Below, piece by piece: positions 29,601-38,771 of a DNA stretch of 64,000 nt (within the stretch, counting starts at the first letter, position 1; every line of letters starts with the position of its first letter). Below the pieces are notes generated by a model. The model saw only the letters and a list, made by a program, of their open reading frames with translations. It was not told the origin of the DNA and did not search any database. The stretch covers positions 33,869 to 97,868 of IMG/VR virus record IMGVR_UViG_3300045988_004573, one strand, 5' to 3'. The translations under genes were made by a program, and so were the position numbers. The DNA comes from a virus.

Positions 29601-30741
29601 TGTGAAGAACAATAAAGTGTCACTCTTTATGAAGAGGTTCAATGTTCAGAACAACCTAGATACTGAGACTAGAAACTGGAGTACTAGAGAAAGCAGACTC
29701 ACTAGGCTTAACCCATTTGGTAATAACCTAATGTTGCCCTATAAGAGTGGAGACCATTATATGCAGTCTATGTCCTACTTGGCAGCAGCTAACCATTATA
29801 AGTTCTTAGACACTAATGGAGAGACTATATCACTATGGGATGCCCTAGAAGTGAAGAACATAGATGATAGTAACCCTAAAGCTGGTAGGACATTAGAGCT
29901 TAAAGAAGGAGTACTATATATAGACCCTGAAACTAACCAGACTAGAGAATGGAATCTTGATGATGAGGTTAAATTCCAGAACCTATGTAGAGAGACCAAC
30001 AATAGAATGCACGGTATCTATAACAGAATGGATAAGACAGCCTTCCATAACACTTGGTATGGTCAAGCTGCTTTAGCCATGAGAGGTTATGCACTTGGTC
30101 TATTATATAGAAGATTCTCTTCTAACCACTACAGTGTGTCTTTAGGTAGAGAGTCCGAGGGAAGCTTAGTTACAGCATCAAAGGTATTTGTCAATATGTT
30201 TGGAGGTACTAAGAACTTCATTCCATCCCTCAGAGCATTGCTATGCCCCTTTGGTGATAGTGTAAAGAACTCATTACTTGAGATGGGCTTCTCAGTGGAG
30301 CAGTATAGGAATATGAGAAGAAACTGGGCTGACTTTGCTCTTATAGGTATGTTATGGGTACTCAAAGCACTCACAGCTAAGTCTGAGGATGACGATGATG
30401 ATGACGATGATACAACATCAGGACTCATATATTACTTTGCAAGTAGGTTGTACATGGAACAGAATGCCTACAATACTCCTTGGGGTATATGGCAGGAGCA
30501 AAAGAGTGTGTTAGACTGGATGCCTAGTGGTGTATCAGTAGCAGGTCAAATACTTGATATAAGTAGACTTATGATTACTCAAGAGGAGTATAAGACTAGT
30601 TCAGCTACCCATGAGAAAGGAGATAAGAAGTGGGAATATAAGATTGGCTCATATATACCTTACTACAGGAGTACAAGGGTATTAGAGCATCCTTATGAAG
30701 CAGCTAAGTCATATGAATATGGTAGAGCTACTTATAAGTAA
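26635..30741 (+). CDS. giant protein downstream of the RNAP (putative virion/ejected protein)
   Basis: About 1368 aa. Gly-rich hydrophobic segment VIGFFGGLASKVFLGGNVAGGMVNVMTGF and a D8 tract (nt 30388..30411). ATG 26635 lies 3 nt after the RNAP stop. Confidence 0.55.
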   Translation: MAESCVFKPTVRNKEGKEVNSRLFDNLLHFSSNDREFAKKYYFIGTNDEFLRTNARHVEYDENGEITFKSLKNLVSLDISSEKIIDQLNKDISSGEHEYGEAVSLMTSFNNNSPYNDEYMATISTVEGGKANLQVVRKTTANQTALEETLTNKSLFDRIKQAVERVGGSIDFIDESYSKYDTINAKKAESGLYNVIFLSKKGNLTADMAEEAGHFAVGALGNNPLVKRLEALCTPEVQEGILGEHYRDVQGRKNPRRETAGFLVGQYIMNEVDQESTLSRLAGRIVNLAKRMFYRLTLDDVGRMREEAKAIAKNIARGFMSGDNAGSIENALENREVLYSSVDSVPVSSFKDVIQQLNLLASEMSAVDKTLYRKWKDIEANTAIGRLFENPSFFADMAAIDGLSVALTQLADSVPEMIDMLDSVNYNPDEVPANAKKLRQVSLFVQESIAIMGIIDNMLTSDEVQLKEDARDALDKAYKNLSSLIKGADKLEVNLLKKERKLYLSFLKDMYGGEYVERAARVVFNFNKRKLERVAESREYLSKAMESLDRDDNFMNRYIASMANSSDIINQLAYKTKASANKFADDNTIKAWNDIRALEQRVKKAKVDTRRLLEVSARDGKLTGNYISKYNWGDWENDWYEFKNKCKEDFLSDPSIESKTQIEREYLWDVYFRPLAKDWHKSHSTYDQTTQRPMPNDGYRNHNYDRLTDTEKAALDDILELKGSLDDLLIYQSYNGEMVEAAHTHLYRMPQFRGSTQNRIENLKMTNPLGKAVSGAIRQNLINTFTITSEDRDYGSAMTHNTIDEDVFSDRLDFEKEKVKRVPLYGINKLKDMSELSTDIFNGLLQYAAMANTYVATSSVVDILETGRDVLANRRVKGLKREVERDKKSRVFGRYCDFLDAQVYNLYANSRLKFGQIALTKVIGFFGGLASKVFLGGNVAGGMVNVMTGFNEITKEAIAGEVYTLADLTKANALYFKYLPENWLEAGMGVKNNKVSLFMKRFNVQNNLDTETRNWSTRESRLTRLNPFGNNLMLPYKSGDHYMQSMSYLAAANHYKFLDTNGETISLWDALEVKNIDDSNPKAGRTLELKEGVLYIDPETNQTREWNLDDEVKFQNLCRETNNRMHGIYNRMDKTAFHNTWYGQAALAMRGYALGLLYRRFSSNHYSVSLGRESEGSLVTASKVFVNMFGGTKNFIPSLRALLCPFGDSVKNSLLEMGFSVEQYRNMRRNWADFALIGMLWVLKALTAKSEDDDDDDDDTTSGLIYYFASRLYMEQNAYNTPWGIWQEQKSVLDWMPSGVSVAGQILDISRLMITQEEYKTSSATHEKGDKKWEYKIGSYIPYYRSTRVLEHPYEAAKSYEYGRATYK

Positions 30742-30756
30742 TCCCTATAAAACAGT

Positions 30757-30788
30757 AAAGGCAAGAGAGGTTATCCTCCCTTGCCTTT
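30757..30788. terminator. bidirectional intrinsic terminator between the convergent modules
   Basis: aaaggcaagagagg 30757..30770 pairs with cctcccttgccttt 30775..30788 (14 bp, one mismatch, loop ttat). A T9 run follows on + and an A-rich tract precedes it, giving a T-rich tract on -. Confidence 0.75.
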
Positions 30789-30792
30789 TTTT

Positions 30793-33700
30793 TTATCCTA
30801 AGCAGTCAAGCTCATGTTGCTTCTCCTGTTTAGTCCAACTATTGAAGAACTCTTCAATGTCTATTGTCTCACTATACTTAGTTCTAAGTGCTTCCTGCTG
30901 TTCAGGTGATAAACTACTAAAGCTTATACCTGTTGGGTTACTTTCAACCTTTATAGGTTTAGCTCCAGCTTTCCTAACTATAGGCTTTCTCTTAGTTCTA
31001 ACCTTACCTACAGTAAGCTCACCATCTCTCTTTACTTGAGGCTCTGGCTTAGTTTCTGCACTTTCAACCTTACTCTCTGTAGGAGTAATCTCTCCTATCA
31101 GTGCTTTCTCAGACGCAGACAACTTATCATACTGTATTGATATAGGGGATTCAGGTATCTGTCCTACTTCTCCTAGAACAGGGTTAGCCTGCTTATACTC
31201 CTTATCATTTAACAGTAGTTGATTACCTTTGGCTACTGAGTAGGTATTATTGTCGTTAGGTGCAGGATATTCTACATGTATAGGTATGATATTTAATGAC
31301 TTAACCTTAATACCATACTTGCCTTCCAAGAACTGCTTATATAGTGATAGCTGTCTTGAGTATTTAGCTGCTTTTTCCTCACTTATATTCTTAGCTCTGT
31401 GGGTCTTCATATCAAAGATATAGAAGTTACCCTCCCTATCATAAGCTAGTAAGTCAAGTGTTCCAGCAACTGCTATCTCATGTACTCCACCATTACTGTC
31501 AGTAACCTGTAGAGTACCTGTAGCTACTATATCTCTAGGTATAACTGTCAATCCCTGAGCATCAAGGTAATTCTTGAACTTCTGTAACTGTTCAGCAAAC
31601 CTATTAAGAGCCTCTTTAGAAGTATTAGGATAAGTCATCTCTACTGACCTACCATCTTTTAACCAACCTTCTGGACTAGAAGTGATAAGTCCATTAAAGA
31701 AATCCCTTACAAACTCATCAATACCAGTACCTATGTTGGTAGATGGTGTAACCCAAGGACTATTAGGGTCAAATCTTTCACCAGCCTGCTCATCAGCTTG
31801 TATGATTGAAGTAACTCTGGCATATGTTTTACCTGTCCTTGTATTAACATAGGTAAGACCATCTTCTGATAGTTGTATCTCCCTAGAATCTGCTTCTATC
31901 CTTTCACTAACTTTTTGAGCCTCTTCCATAGCAGTAGTAATTTCATTCCTAACTTCTTTACCTTGCTCAGTGAGACCAGTGTCAGTATCTACCTTTTCAC
32001 CTGATTGAGTAGTAGCTGTTCCTGTATCTTGACTACTAGTAGGAGTAGAGTTATCTGCATTAACTACTGTAGGAGTAGGATTAGCAGGTACAGGCTCTCT
32101 TAGGGCTACTGGGCTTGATACCTCAACCCCACTAATAACTCTTTCAAGTCTGTCAATTCCTACTCTTAAGATGTTGTCATATATAAGGTTAGTTACATTT
32201 TCCTCCTTATAGTGCTTAGTATTAGGAGTATAGTAGCTGGGGTCTTTATCAACTTGCCAGTTAACACCTTGTCTGAAAGAACCACTAGGCATAAGCAGAT
32301 TAGATAGTATTACTGCCATATTTTCAGCAGTTACTTCTTTCTCTGTTACACTATTTACTATTCTTCCTAAGTTCTCATCACCCAAGTATAGGTCTAATCC
32401 AAGACTACCATCTACATTAGCAGGTCTTATAGAGTACTCAGCACTTGTTGAGTATATATGTCTCCTCAACATATTGTTGATTCCCTCTATTATAGATAGA
32501 GCCTTACTTTCACCAGTGAAGTTAGTACCATCAGAAGTTAGTTCTGTTAGGTCATTATTCTTAACAAGACTGTTAAGTACTCTTATGAAGTCTCTAGTTC
32601 TGCTGTTAAAGTAAACTATATCAGTAGCATTACCTGTTGATAGTACCTCTGCAAGTGACTTTCCATTTCTAGGGCTGGTAGTCTCATCCAGAGTCTTAGT
32701 CAAGACTGGTATCTCAGATACAGACTCATCTCCTTTCATAGTAGGCAACCTATAGTATAGTGTAGGTTTACCAGCCTTATCCTTTTTAGCAAAGAGTCTA
32801 CTTGCAACCTTTCTAACATACTTGTTATATGCTGCATTCCTTCTTATAGGGTCTTGAGTAGTGTCCTCAATTATAGCTCTGTCTTCTGGAGAGAGGTCTT
32901 CACTTATAAGTGAAGCAAAGTCTCTGTCAGTTTCTCTTGATGTACTTATATTAAGAGGAGGACTAGCCACTATTACACTTGAAGTTACTTTTCTGTTACC
33001 TGCTGATATAATCTTGTTAGGTTGCTCAATAGCAAGTTGTCTTATCTGCCCTGCTCTGCTATCTAGTTCAGTTCTTGGCAGTACTCCAATAGGTTGGTAT
33101 CTCTTATTGCCAATCACAATAGGACCATCACCATCCTCAACTATAGCTAGTACTGGTAGATGTTGCTCATCAGTATAAGCAGTAGAGCTGTTCTTCATAC
33201 TCTCCTTGACTCCTGTAGTTATATCATCAAGAGCAGCATAGAATACTACTGACCTATTTCCTGACTTTCTACTAAGCTTACCACTTCTAAGATATTCATC
33301 AACTTTCCACTCCCTGAACTTCCTACTTAAGAAACCACTAAGATTGCTGTTTATTCTAGCTAATGATATGGTAGGCTTCTGCTGTGGAACTTCTGTAGGT
33401 GAAGTAACCTTTTCAGCTTCTTTCTTCTCTACTTTAATAGCATGACTCGCTTGTTGCAGTAGAGAACCAGACCTCTCATTTATATCACCCCCCTGAGTGG
33501 CACTACCTAATAACTTTACTGCTTCTTTAGCTATAGCCTCCTGTAGTTCTTCTGTAGAGTTATAGTGTTTACTTCCCAGTTTGTTTATTGCACTTATAGC
33601 AGCTTGCTTAGCATCCTCATCATATATAGCACTGGCATTCCTAACTGCATTTATAGCTTGCTCTGCTGCTGTAAGTACTTCTCCATCATTATTATTGATG

Positions 33701-36700
33701 AAATCATCTGATAGTACAGTAACTCCTTCACCCTCAGTTTCACTAGGTTGAGTAGGTGTAGTAACAGTTTCAGGAGCTTTCTCAGCTTCCTTCTCAGCAG
33801 CTATCTGCTTACCAGACTCTTCAAGATTTGAAGTAGCATCATCAGATGCAAATATACCTGTCAGAGGTGCTGGTTTATCAGCAGCTACTGGTTTCTCCTC
33901 AGCTTCTCTTGTAACTTCCTCTCTTACTTCCTCATTCTTCTTGTAACTTTCCAAAGCTCTCTTATATGAGTCTACCACAGTTCCTATATTCTCCAAAGAG
34001 ATTTTCATATTGTCTGGTAGCTTCTGGTTGAGTGCTTCAATCCAAGTTACTAAGTTTGATTTGCCACTCTCATCTGCTGATGTTAAAGCAGCTACAGCAT
34101 TATCATAGTTGCTTATATCTACATTCTTTCTAGCTAAGAACTTAGTCATTGCAGCTACTAAGTCCTTATCTTGCTCTGAAATATCACTGAAAGCATCATT
34201 CTTGAGTAACTGATTGTATATTCCCTCAGTAACCTCATCATCTTTCTTGTATCTCTGATATAGGGGATTATCCTTTAGAGTTTGGTCAAGCACTACTGCC
34301 TCATAATCATCAGCTTCAAACAGAGCATTATCTACAGCTTCTGCAAATGCAGAGTAGTCCTGTATCTCATTGAGCTTCTTATAGGACTTCTCAGCACCCT
34401 CAAGCCTCTTAGTCAGCCTCAACCTATTCTCTATATTAGATAGTATGTTTGGGTTCTTAAGAGCTGCATTGTACTGACCTAAGAATGTCATCTGAGCATC
34501 ATTTATTCTAGCAGCATCCTCTACTTTATTCATAAAGTCAGATGTAGCTGCTGTACCTTTCTCTACTAGTCTTGCAATAACATCCTGCTGCTCTTGACTA
34601 TACTTTCCCCTATTCTTTGGGTTAAGCATTCTATATCTATCAACAGGACTAAGTGACATAATATCTGACTCACTCAATACAGGTGTAGTTCCTTCTTCAA
34701 GTCCCTTAGATACTCTCTTGTAAGCTGCCATAGCTTTCTTCTTACTGTCTTGAAGGGTCTTTAGTTGCTTATTGAGGACAGACAGCTTACTCTTTTGTTC
34801 ATCTGATAGTATTGACTTATTCTTCTCTAAGTTACTTATCTTAGTCTGGTAAGCCTCAATATCCTTATCAAATGCAGTAGGTTCTGATATAGAGCCATGT
34901 CTAGCTATATACTTCTTCTGCTCATCTGTCAATGTAGAAGCAATACCTCCACCATAGCCAGAGAGTAATTCATTTTCAAGCTGAGTAGCTCTTTCTCTCC
35001 AGTCATCCATACTAAGTTTGCCATATATAAGAGCTTCCTTAGTCTCTTGTGGAATACTATTACCTAAGCTCTTCTCAAGGTCAGCAGTAGCTACTTGAAC
35101 TTTCTGCATAACATCAAGCATACTCTGAGCATCTTTCTTGATGTCTTCAAGAGGTCTATCATCATATTGGGCTATCTGCTGAGCCATCTCATCACCCTCC
35201 TGAGCATTAAGTATATCCATATACCTTTGCATATAAGCATCATATAATGGAGTACCCTTCAATTGCTCAAGCATGAAGTAGTCCTGTACTTGCTTACCTA
35301 GTCTACTATTTCTATAGCTAAACTCATCACCCTCATCAGAAGCCTGTTGCATACTTCTAGCCCATCCTAATGAACCTCTTAAAGAAGTAAGCCTCTCTCT
35401 GTTATTGCCTTGAGCTAGCCACTCATTGAGTGCCTTAGCTGACTCTCTTCTATCCTGATTCTCCTGCTTGTCATTATAATAACTCTCTATGAATGGGTTT
35501 CTCCAAAGGTTTCTAGCTACAGCACCTACCTTGCCTAGAGTACTCTTACCTTCTAATGATACCCTATCACCTTTAGATAGCAAAGCATTGACATTAGGAG
35601 TACCCATAGCTTGACCTAATGCACCATATATACCAGATTGAATAGCATCTTTACTTATAGCTTTCCTACCTGCTGCTGCAAAGGCTGCACCTAGGTTATC
35701 AGACATACTATCTACTATGGCATCATCTGCTACACCATCATATCTTTGTGCTATATAATTAGCTAAGTCATTCTCAGCAGCACCTCTAGAGAAAGCATCA
35801 GATACATCTTGGCTATACTCTTCAAGACCTTCACCAATCATTTCTTTAGCCATATTCCAAGCCATTTGCTTCTTGGTGAGTTCTCTAGCTACTACATTAC
35901 CAGCATCATCAAGAGAATATCTATTTCCTGCAAATAGCTTTCCTACCTTACTTCTACTAAGTGCCTCTCTTGTCTTACCATTAAACATAGTAGCCTTTAG
36001 AGTCATATTAGCAGTTCCATTGATAAAGGAGTTAATAGTAAAGTTAGTTAAGGCTGCTTTATCTGCATCCTCTTCTGCTCTCTTTAGAGCATCCTCATAC
36101 ATTGGTTGGAACTCATCCCATACCTGTTGTCTTATTCTTTGATAAGCACCCTTGGCATCTCTTGAGTAGACTCCTTCACCAGTTCTTGATAATGGAGTAA
36201 CATCCAGCCAGTGTTGGAATCTCTTCTGAACCTCTTCCTCCATTCTCTTGACTTGCTCCTCTCCTATCATCTTCTTAGCATCCTCAAGATAGTCCTGCTT
36301 TGTATTAAGAGCATTCAAAGCACCTTCACCCTGACCTACCAGTGCAGGAACTACATAAGCATTATATCTTCTTTGCCAAGTATTTATGCCTTGTAGAGCT
36401 TTATTGACATTACTAGCAGTCTCTGCTGTAGCAGCTAACTTACTACCCATAGTAGCATACTTCATAGTATTGAAGACCCTATTACCTATAGCAGTAAGAC
36501 CATAACCTTCAAGCATTGAAGCAACTGTGAAGCCAGACTGCTGCATAAGCTCTGGGATAGTATTTACACTAAAGATATTATCCCATAGGTTCTCCTGTTC
36601 CTCAGTAGTTCTTATGACTTCAAGTCTGTTATATGCCTTCTCTGGGTCACCCTCTGTAAACATAGTTCCTTGCTTCATCACTTGGTCTCCATATCTAATC

Positions 36701-37434
36701 CAAGAATTATCTATGAACTGAGACCACAGGTTATCTAGATAACCCTCTTTCTGGTTCTCTCCAAGTAATCTATCAAGACCTGTCAAGGCACTAAGACCTC
36801 CAGTGATATTACCAGCGAATGATATAGTACCTCCAACTATATTAGCACTCATACCAGCTAGACCATTCCATATCTTATCTGCTAGTGGCTGATTCTCAGA
36901 TACTTCATCATGTATTCTAGCAGCCATCTTCTTAGCTGCTGTCTCTGGACCAAAAGCTTCTGACTCAGTTTGGTAAATGGACATAAGCTCTACCTTCTTA
37001 TTACCATCCAGAGGGAAGTACTCAGTACCTTTGAATCTCTTATAGTATGGTGAGACTTCATCCAACATCTTGTCAAAGTCTTCCCATTGCCTTCTAGTGC
37101 TTCCTATAAGAGTACCATTGTTAGCAACACCAGTATTGTATTCCTCCTCATAGGTCTGCTTAGTATTCTGATATACTTGCAGGTTCTCTATGTCATCATC
37201 TGGGGAAGAGAGATATATACTATCTCTCTTCTCAGGTGACATACCTTTTAGGATGTTATAGTCTTCCCTATTCCCAAACTTATTCTTAAAGGAGCTATTT
37301 CTAAAGTACCTATCCTTTCTGTTATCATCCCAGTTAGTGTACCCTAACTTATTAAGTTCCTCTATATTATCCTTCTCCCACTGTGCCCTATCTTGAGCTG
37401 TGAGACCTTTAACATTAAATACAAAGTCTGACAT
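30793..37434 (-). CDS. giant virion-module protein (2213 aa) with a C-terminal PD-(D/E)XK nuclease-like domain
   Basis: Long coiled-coil and low-complexity regions. C-terminal GTLDLLAYD..FYIFDMKT..SRQLSLYK (D, D-x-K, QxxxY) at roughly nt 31330..31460. Confidence 0.6.
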   Translation of the reverse strand: MSDFVFNVKGLTAQDRAQWEKDNIEELNKLGYTNWDDNRKDRYFRNSSFKNKFGNREDYNILKGMSPEKRDSIYLSSPDDDIENLQVYQNTKQTYEEEYNTGVANNGTLIGSTRRQWEDFDKMLDEVSPYYKRFKGTEYFPLDGNKKVELMSIYQTESEAFGPETAAKKMAARIHDEVSENQPLADKIWNGLAGMSANIVGGTISFAGNITGGLSALTGLDRLLGENQKEGYLDNLWSQFIDNSWIRYGDQVMKQGTMFTEGDPEKAYNRLEVIRTTEEQENLWDNIFSVNTIPELMQQSGFTVASMLEGYGLTAIGNRVFNTMKYATMGSKLAATAETASNVNKALQGINTWQRRYNAYVVPALVGQGEGALNALNTKQDYLEDAKKMIGEEQVKRMEEEVQKRFQHWLDVTPLSRTGEGVYSRDAKGAYQRIRQQVWDEFQPMYEDALKRAEEDADKAALTNFTINSFINGTANMTLKATMFNGKTREALSRSKVGKLFAGNRYSLDDAGNVVARELTKKQMAWNMAKEMIGEGLEEYSQDVSDAFSRGAAENDLANYIAQRYDGVADDAIVDSMSDNLGAAFAAAGRKAISKDAIQSGIYGALGQAMGTPNVNALLSKGDRVSLEGKSTLGKVGAVARNLWRNPFIESYYNDKQENQDRRESAKALNEWLAQGNNRERLTSLRGSLGWARSMQQASDEGDEFSYRNSRLGKQVQDYFMLEQLKGTPLYDAYMQRYMDILNAQEGDEMAQQIAQYDDRPLEDIKKDAQSMLDVMQKVQVATADLEKSLGNSIPQETKEALIYGKLSMDDWRERATQLENELLSGYGGGIASTLTDEQKKYIARHGSISEPTAFDKDIEAYQTKISNLEKNKSILSDEQKSKLSVLNKQLKTLQDSKKKAMAAYKRVSKGLEEGTTPVLSESDIMSLSPVDRYRMLNPKNRGKYSQEQQDVIARLVEKGTAATSDFMNKVEDAARINDAQMTFLGQYNAALKNPNILSNIENRLRLTKRLEGAEKSYKKLNEIQDYSAFAEAVDNALFEADDYEAVVLDQTLKDNPLYQRYKKDDEVTEGIYNQLLKNDAFSDISEQDKDLVAAMTKFLARKNVDISNYDNAVAALTSADESGKSNLVTWIEALNQKLPDNMKISLENIGTVVDSYKRALESYKKNEEVREEVTREAEEKPVAADKPAPLTGIFASDDATSNLEESGKQIAAEKEAEKAPETVTTPTQPSETEGEGVTVLSDDFINNNDGEVLTAAEQAINAVRNASAIYDEDAKQAAISAINKLGSKHYNSTEELQEAIAKEAVKLLGSATQGGDINERSGSLLQQASHAIKVEKKEAEKVTSPTEVPQQKPTISLARINSNLSGFLSRKFREWKVDEYLRSGKLSRKSGNRSVVFYAALDDITTGVKESMKNSSTAYTDEQHLPVLAIVEDGDGPIVIGNKRYQPIGVLPRTELDSRAGQIRQLAIEQPNKIISAGNRKVTSSVIVASPPLNISTSRETDRDFASLISEDLSPEDRAIIEDTTQDPIRRNAAYNKYVRKVASRLFAKKDKAGKPTLYYRLPTMKGDESVSEIPVLTKTLDETTSPRNGKSLAEVLSTGNATDIVYFNSRTRDFIRVLNSLVKNNDLTELTSDGTNFTGESKALSIIEGINNMLRRHIYSTSAEYSIRPANVDGSLGLDLYLGDENLGRIVNSVTEKEVTAENMAVILSNLLMPSGSFRQGVNWQVDKDPSYYTPNTKHYKEENVTNLIYDNILRVGIDRLERVISGVEVSSPVALREPVPANPTPTVVNADNSTPTSSQDTGTATTQSGEKVDTDTGLTEQGKEVRNEITTAMEEAQKVSERIEADSREIQLSEDGLTYVNTRTGKTYARVTSIIQADEQAGERFDPNSPWVTPSTNIGTGIDEFVRDFFNGLITSSPEGWLKDGRSVEMTYPNTSKEALNRFAEQLQKFKNYLDAQGLTVIPRDIVATGTLQVTDSNGGVHEIAVAGTLDLLAYDREGNFYIFDMKTHRAKNISEEKAAKYSRQLSLYKQFLEGKYGIKVKSLNIIPIHVEYPAPNDNNTYSVAKGNQLLLNDKEYKQANPVLGEVGQIPESPISIQYDKLSASEKALIGEITPTESKVESAETKPEPQVKRDGELTVGKVRTKRKPIVRKAGAKPIKVESNPTGISFSSLSPEQQEALRTKYSETIDIEEFFNSWTKQEKQHELDCLG

Positions 37435-38771
37435 TATAATCCCTCATTTTGTTGTTGTTCTGGAGCAGTTACATCTATTCCAGCTACTCCTGTACCTTTC
37501 CTTACTACTCTATAGTGGTTCTTTGAGAAGTAATCTTGGTCTTCATATATATCTACATCAGCTACAGATAAGCCATTCTCCTTCAAGTCATCCTGTAACT
37601 TCTTTCTGGCTTTAGGACTTAACTTACTAAAGTCTATCAACTTAGCATCACTTTCACTGAAATCATCACTCCACCCTGGGGTATCAAAGCTACCTCCAGT
37701 ATATTCCAATGTTGTGAATGTAGATTGCTTTTCAGCAGTACTCCTAGACACTCCTCCTGCTGTAGTAGAACTAGATGGGAATGCTACAGGCTTATAAGTA
37801 CCATCAGGTGCTATTTCAACAGCTCTTCCAGCACCTATAACCTTTAGTCTATTTCCATTAGGAAGTAATATACCCTTTGTAGATTCCTCCTTCTGTTCTC
37901 TAGCCAATTGTTGCTGCTCTTTAGCCATTTCAAGTCTATCCTTCTCCATATTCAACCTCTCTCTTTCTGCTGGACTTATATAGCCTCTGTTATTCATAAC
38001 ATCATACTTAGCTGTACCTATACCTTCATATAGACCAGAGTTAATGAATCCTCTAGCTCTGTCTTGAATATCTTGGCTGTACTTGCTTAACCCTGCCTCG
38101 TTGAATACTGTCTCTGCTATCTGCCTTAATTCAGCAGGAGCATTATCATCATTAAGTATGGTTTGCATTATCTGAGCAGGAGTGTAACCCATTTGTGTCA
38201 TCTGTTGGAAGTATTGACCTCCAAGTATAGATTGGTACTTAGGATTGCCTTGAACTACCTTAGCAAGATTACTTGCCATTTGAGCTGCTCTTTTGGTTAA
38301 CTCATTACCACTTATAGGATTATAGGTAGCATTAGGATTGTCCAGAAGGTAATCTAATTGGGTCTTTGAATAATCGACATCAAACATGAGTGATGGGTCT
38401 CTTAGCAGAGCCTCTCTCTGTTCTTTAGTAAGAGCTTCTCTTCTAGCTACAGCAGTCTCTATTGGAACTACCTCAGAATTATATCTTCTCTTCATGTTAA
38501 GAAGCCCTTGCCTACTTGCAGGTGTAAGACCATGCTTAGCTAACATACTAGCTTGCTTCTCCAAGTCTTTAGCATAGGAGTTATACATATTAGCTGTCTT
38601 ACTGTCAGGTACTTCATTAGCATACATCTTCATTAAGTCAGCCTTAGCTCCTAGTTCCTCTATACCACTTTGTACAGTATTATAAGCATCTGCTGCCATA
38701 GCAAGAGGCTTAAGCATCTCATCAAAGGTGTATGGGTTGAATTTTGCATTATTAGTTAATACTATCTTCAT
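37434..38771 (-). CDS. virion-module protein, function unknown
   Basis: 445-aa ORF, coupled to both neighbours by 1-nt and 4-nt overlaps. Confidence 0.5.
   Translation of the reverse strand: MKIVLTNNAKFNPYTFDEMLKPLAMAADAYNTVQSGIEELGAKADLMKMYANEVPDSKTANMYNSYAKDLEKQASMLAKHGLTPASRQGLLNMKRRYNSEVVPIETAVARREALTKEQREALLRDPSLMFDVDYSKTQLDYLLDNPNATYNPISGNELTKRAAQMASNLAKVVQGNPKYQSILGGQYFQQMTQMGYTPAQIMQTILNDDNAPAELRQIAETVFNEAGLSKYSQDIQDRARGFINSGLYEGIGTAKYDVMNNRGYISPAERERLNMEKDRLEMAKEQQQLAREQKEESTKGILLPNGNRLKVIGAGRAVEIAPDGTYKPVAFPSSSTTAGGVSRSTAEKQSTFTTLEYTGGSFDTPGWSDDFSESDAKLIDFSKLSPKARKKLQDDLKENGLSVADVDIYEDQDYFSKNHYRVVRKGTGVAGIDVTAPEQQQNEGL

Noticed and set aside
30388-30411. A GAT/GAC repeat tract that looks like a short tandem repeat.
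   Set aside because: It encodes an in-frame D8 run within the 1368-aa protein. This is protein low complexity rather than a DNA-level element.
30695-31039. A + strand ORF crossing the convergence point between the modules.
   Set aside because: It runs through the bidirectional terminator and the 3' end of the 2213-aa gene. The hydrophobic, low-complexity translation looks spurious.
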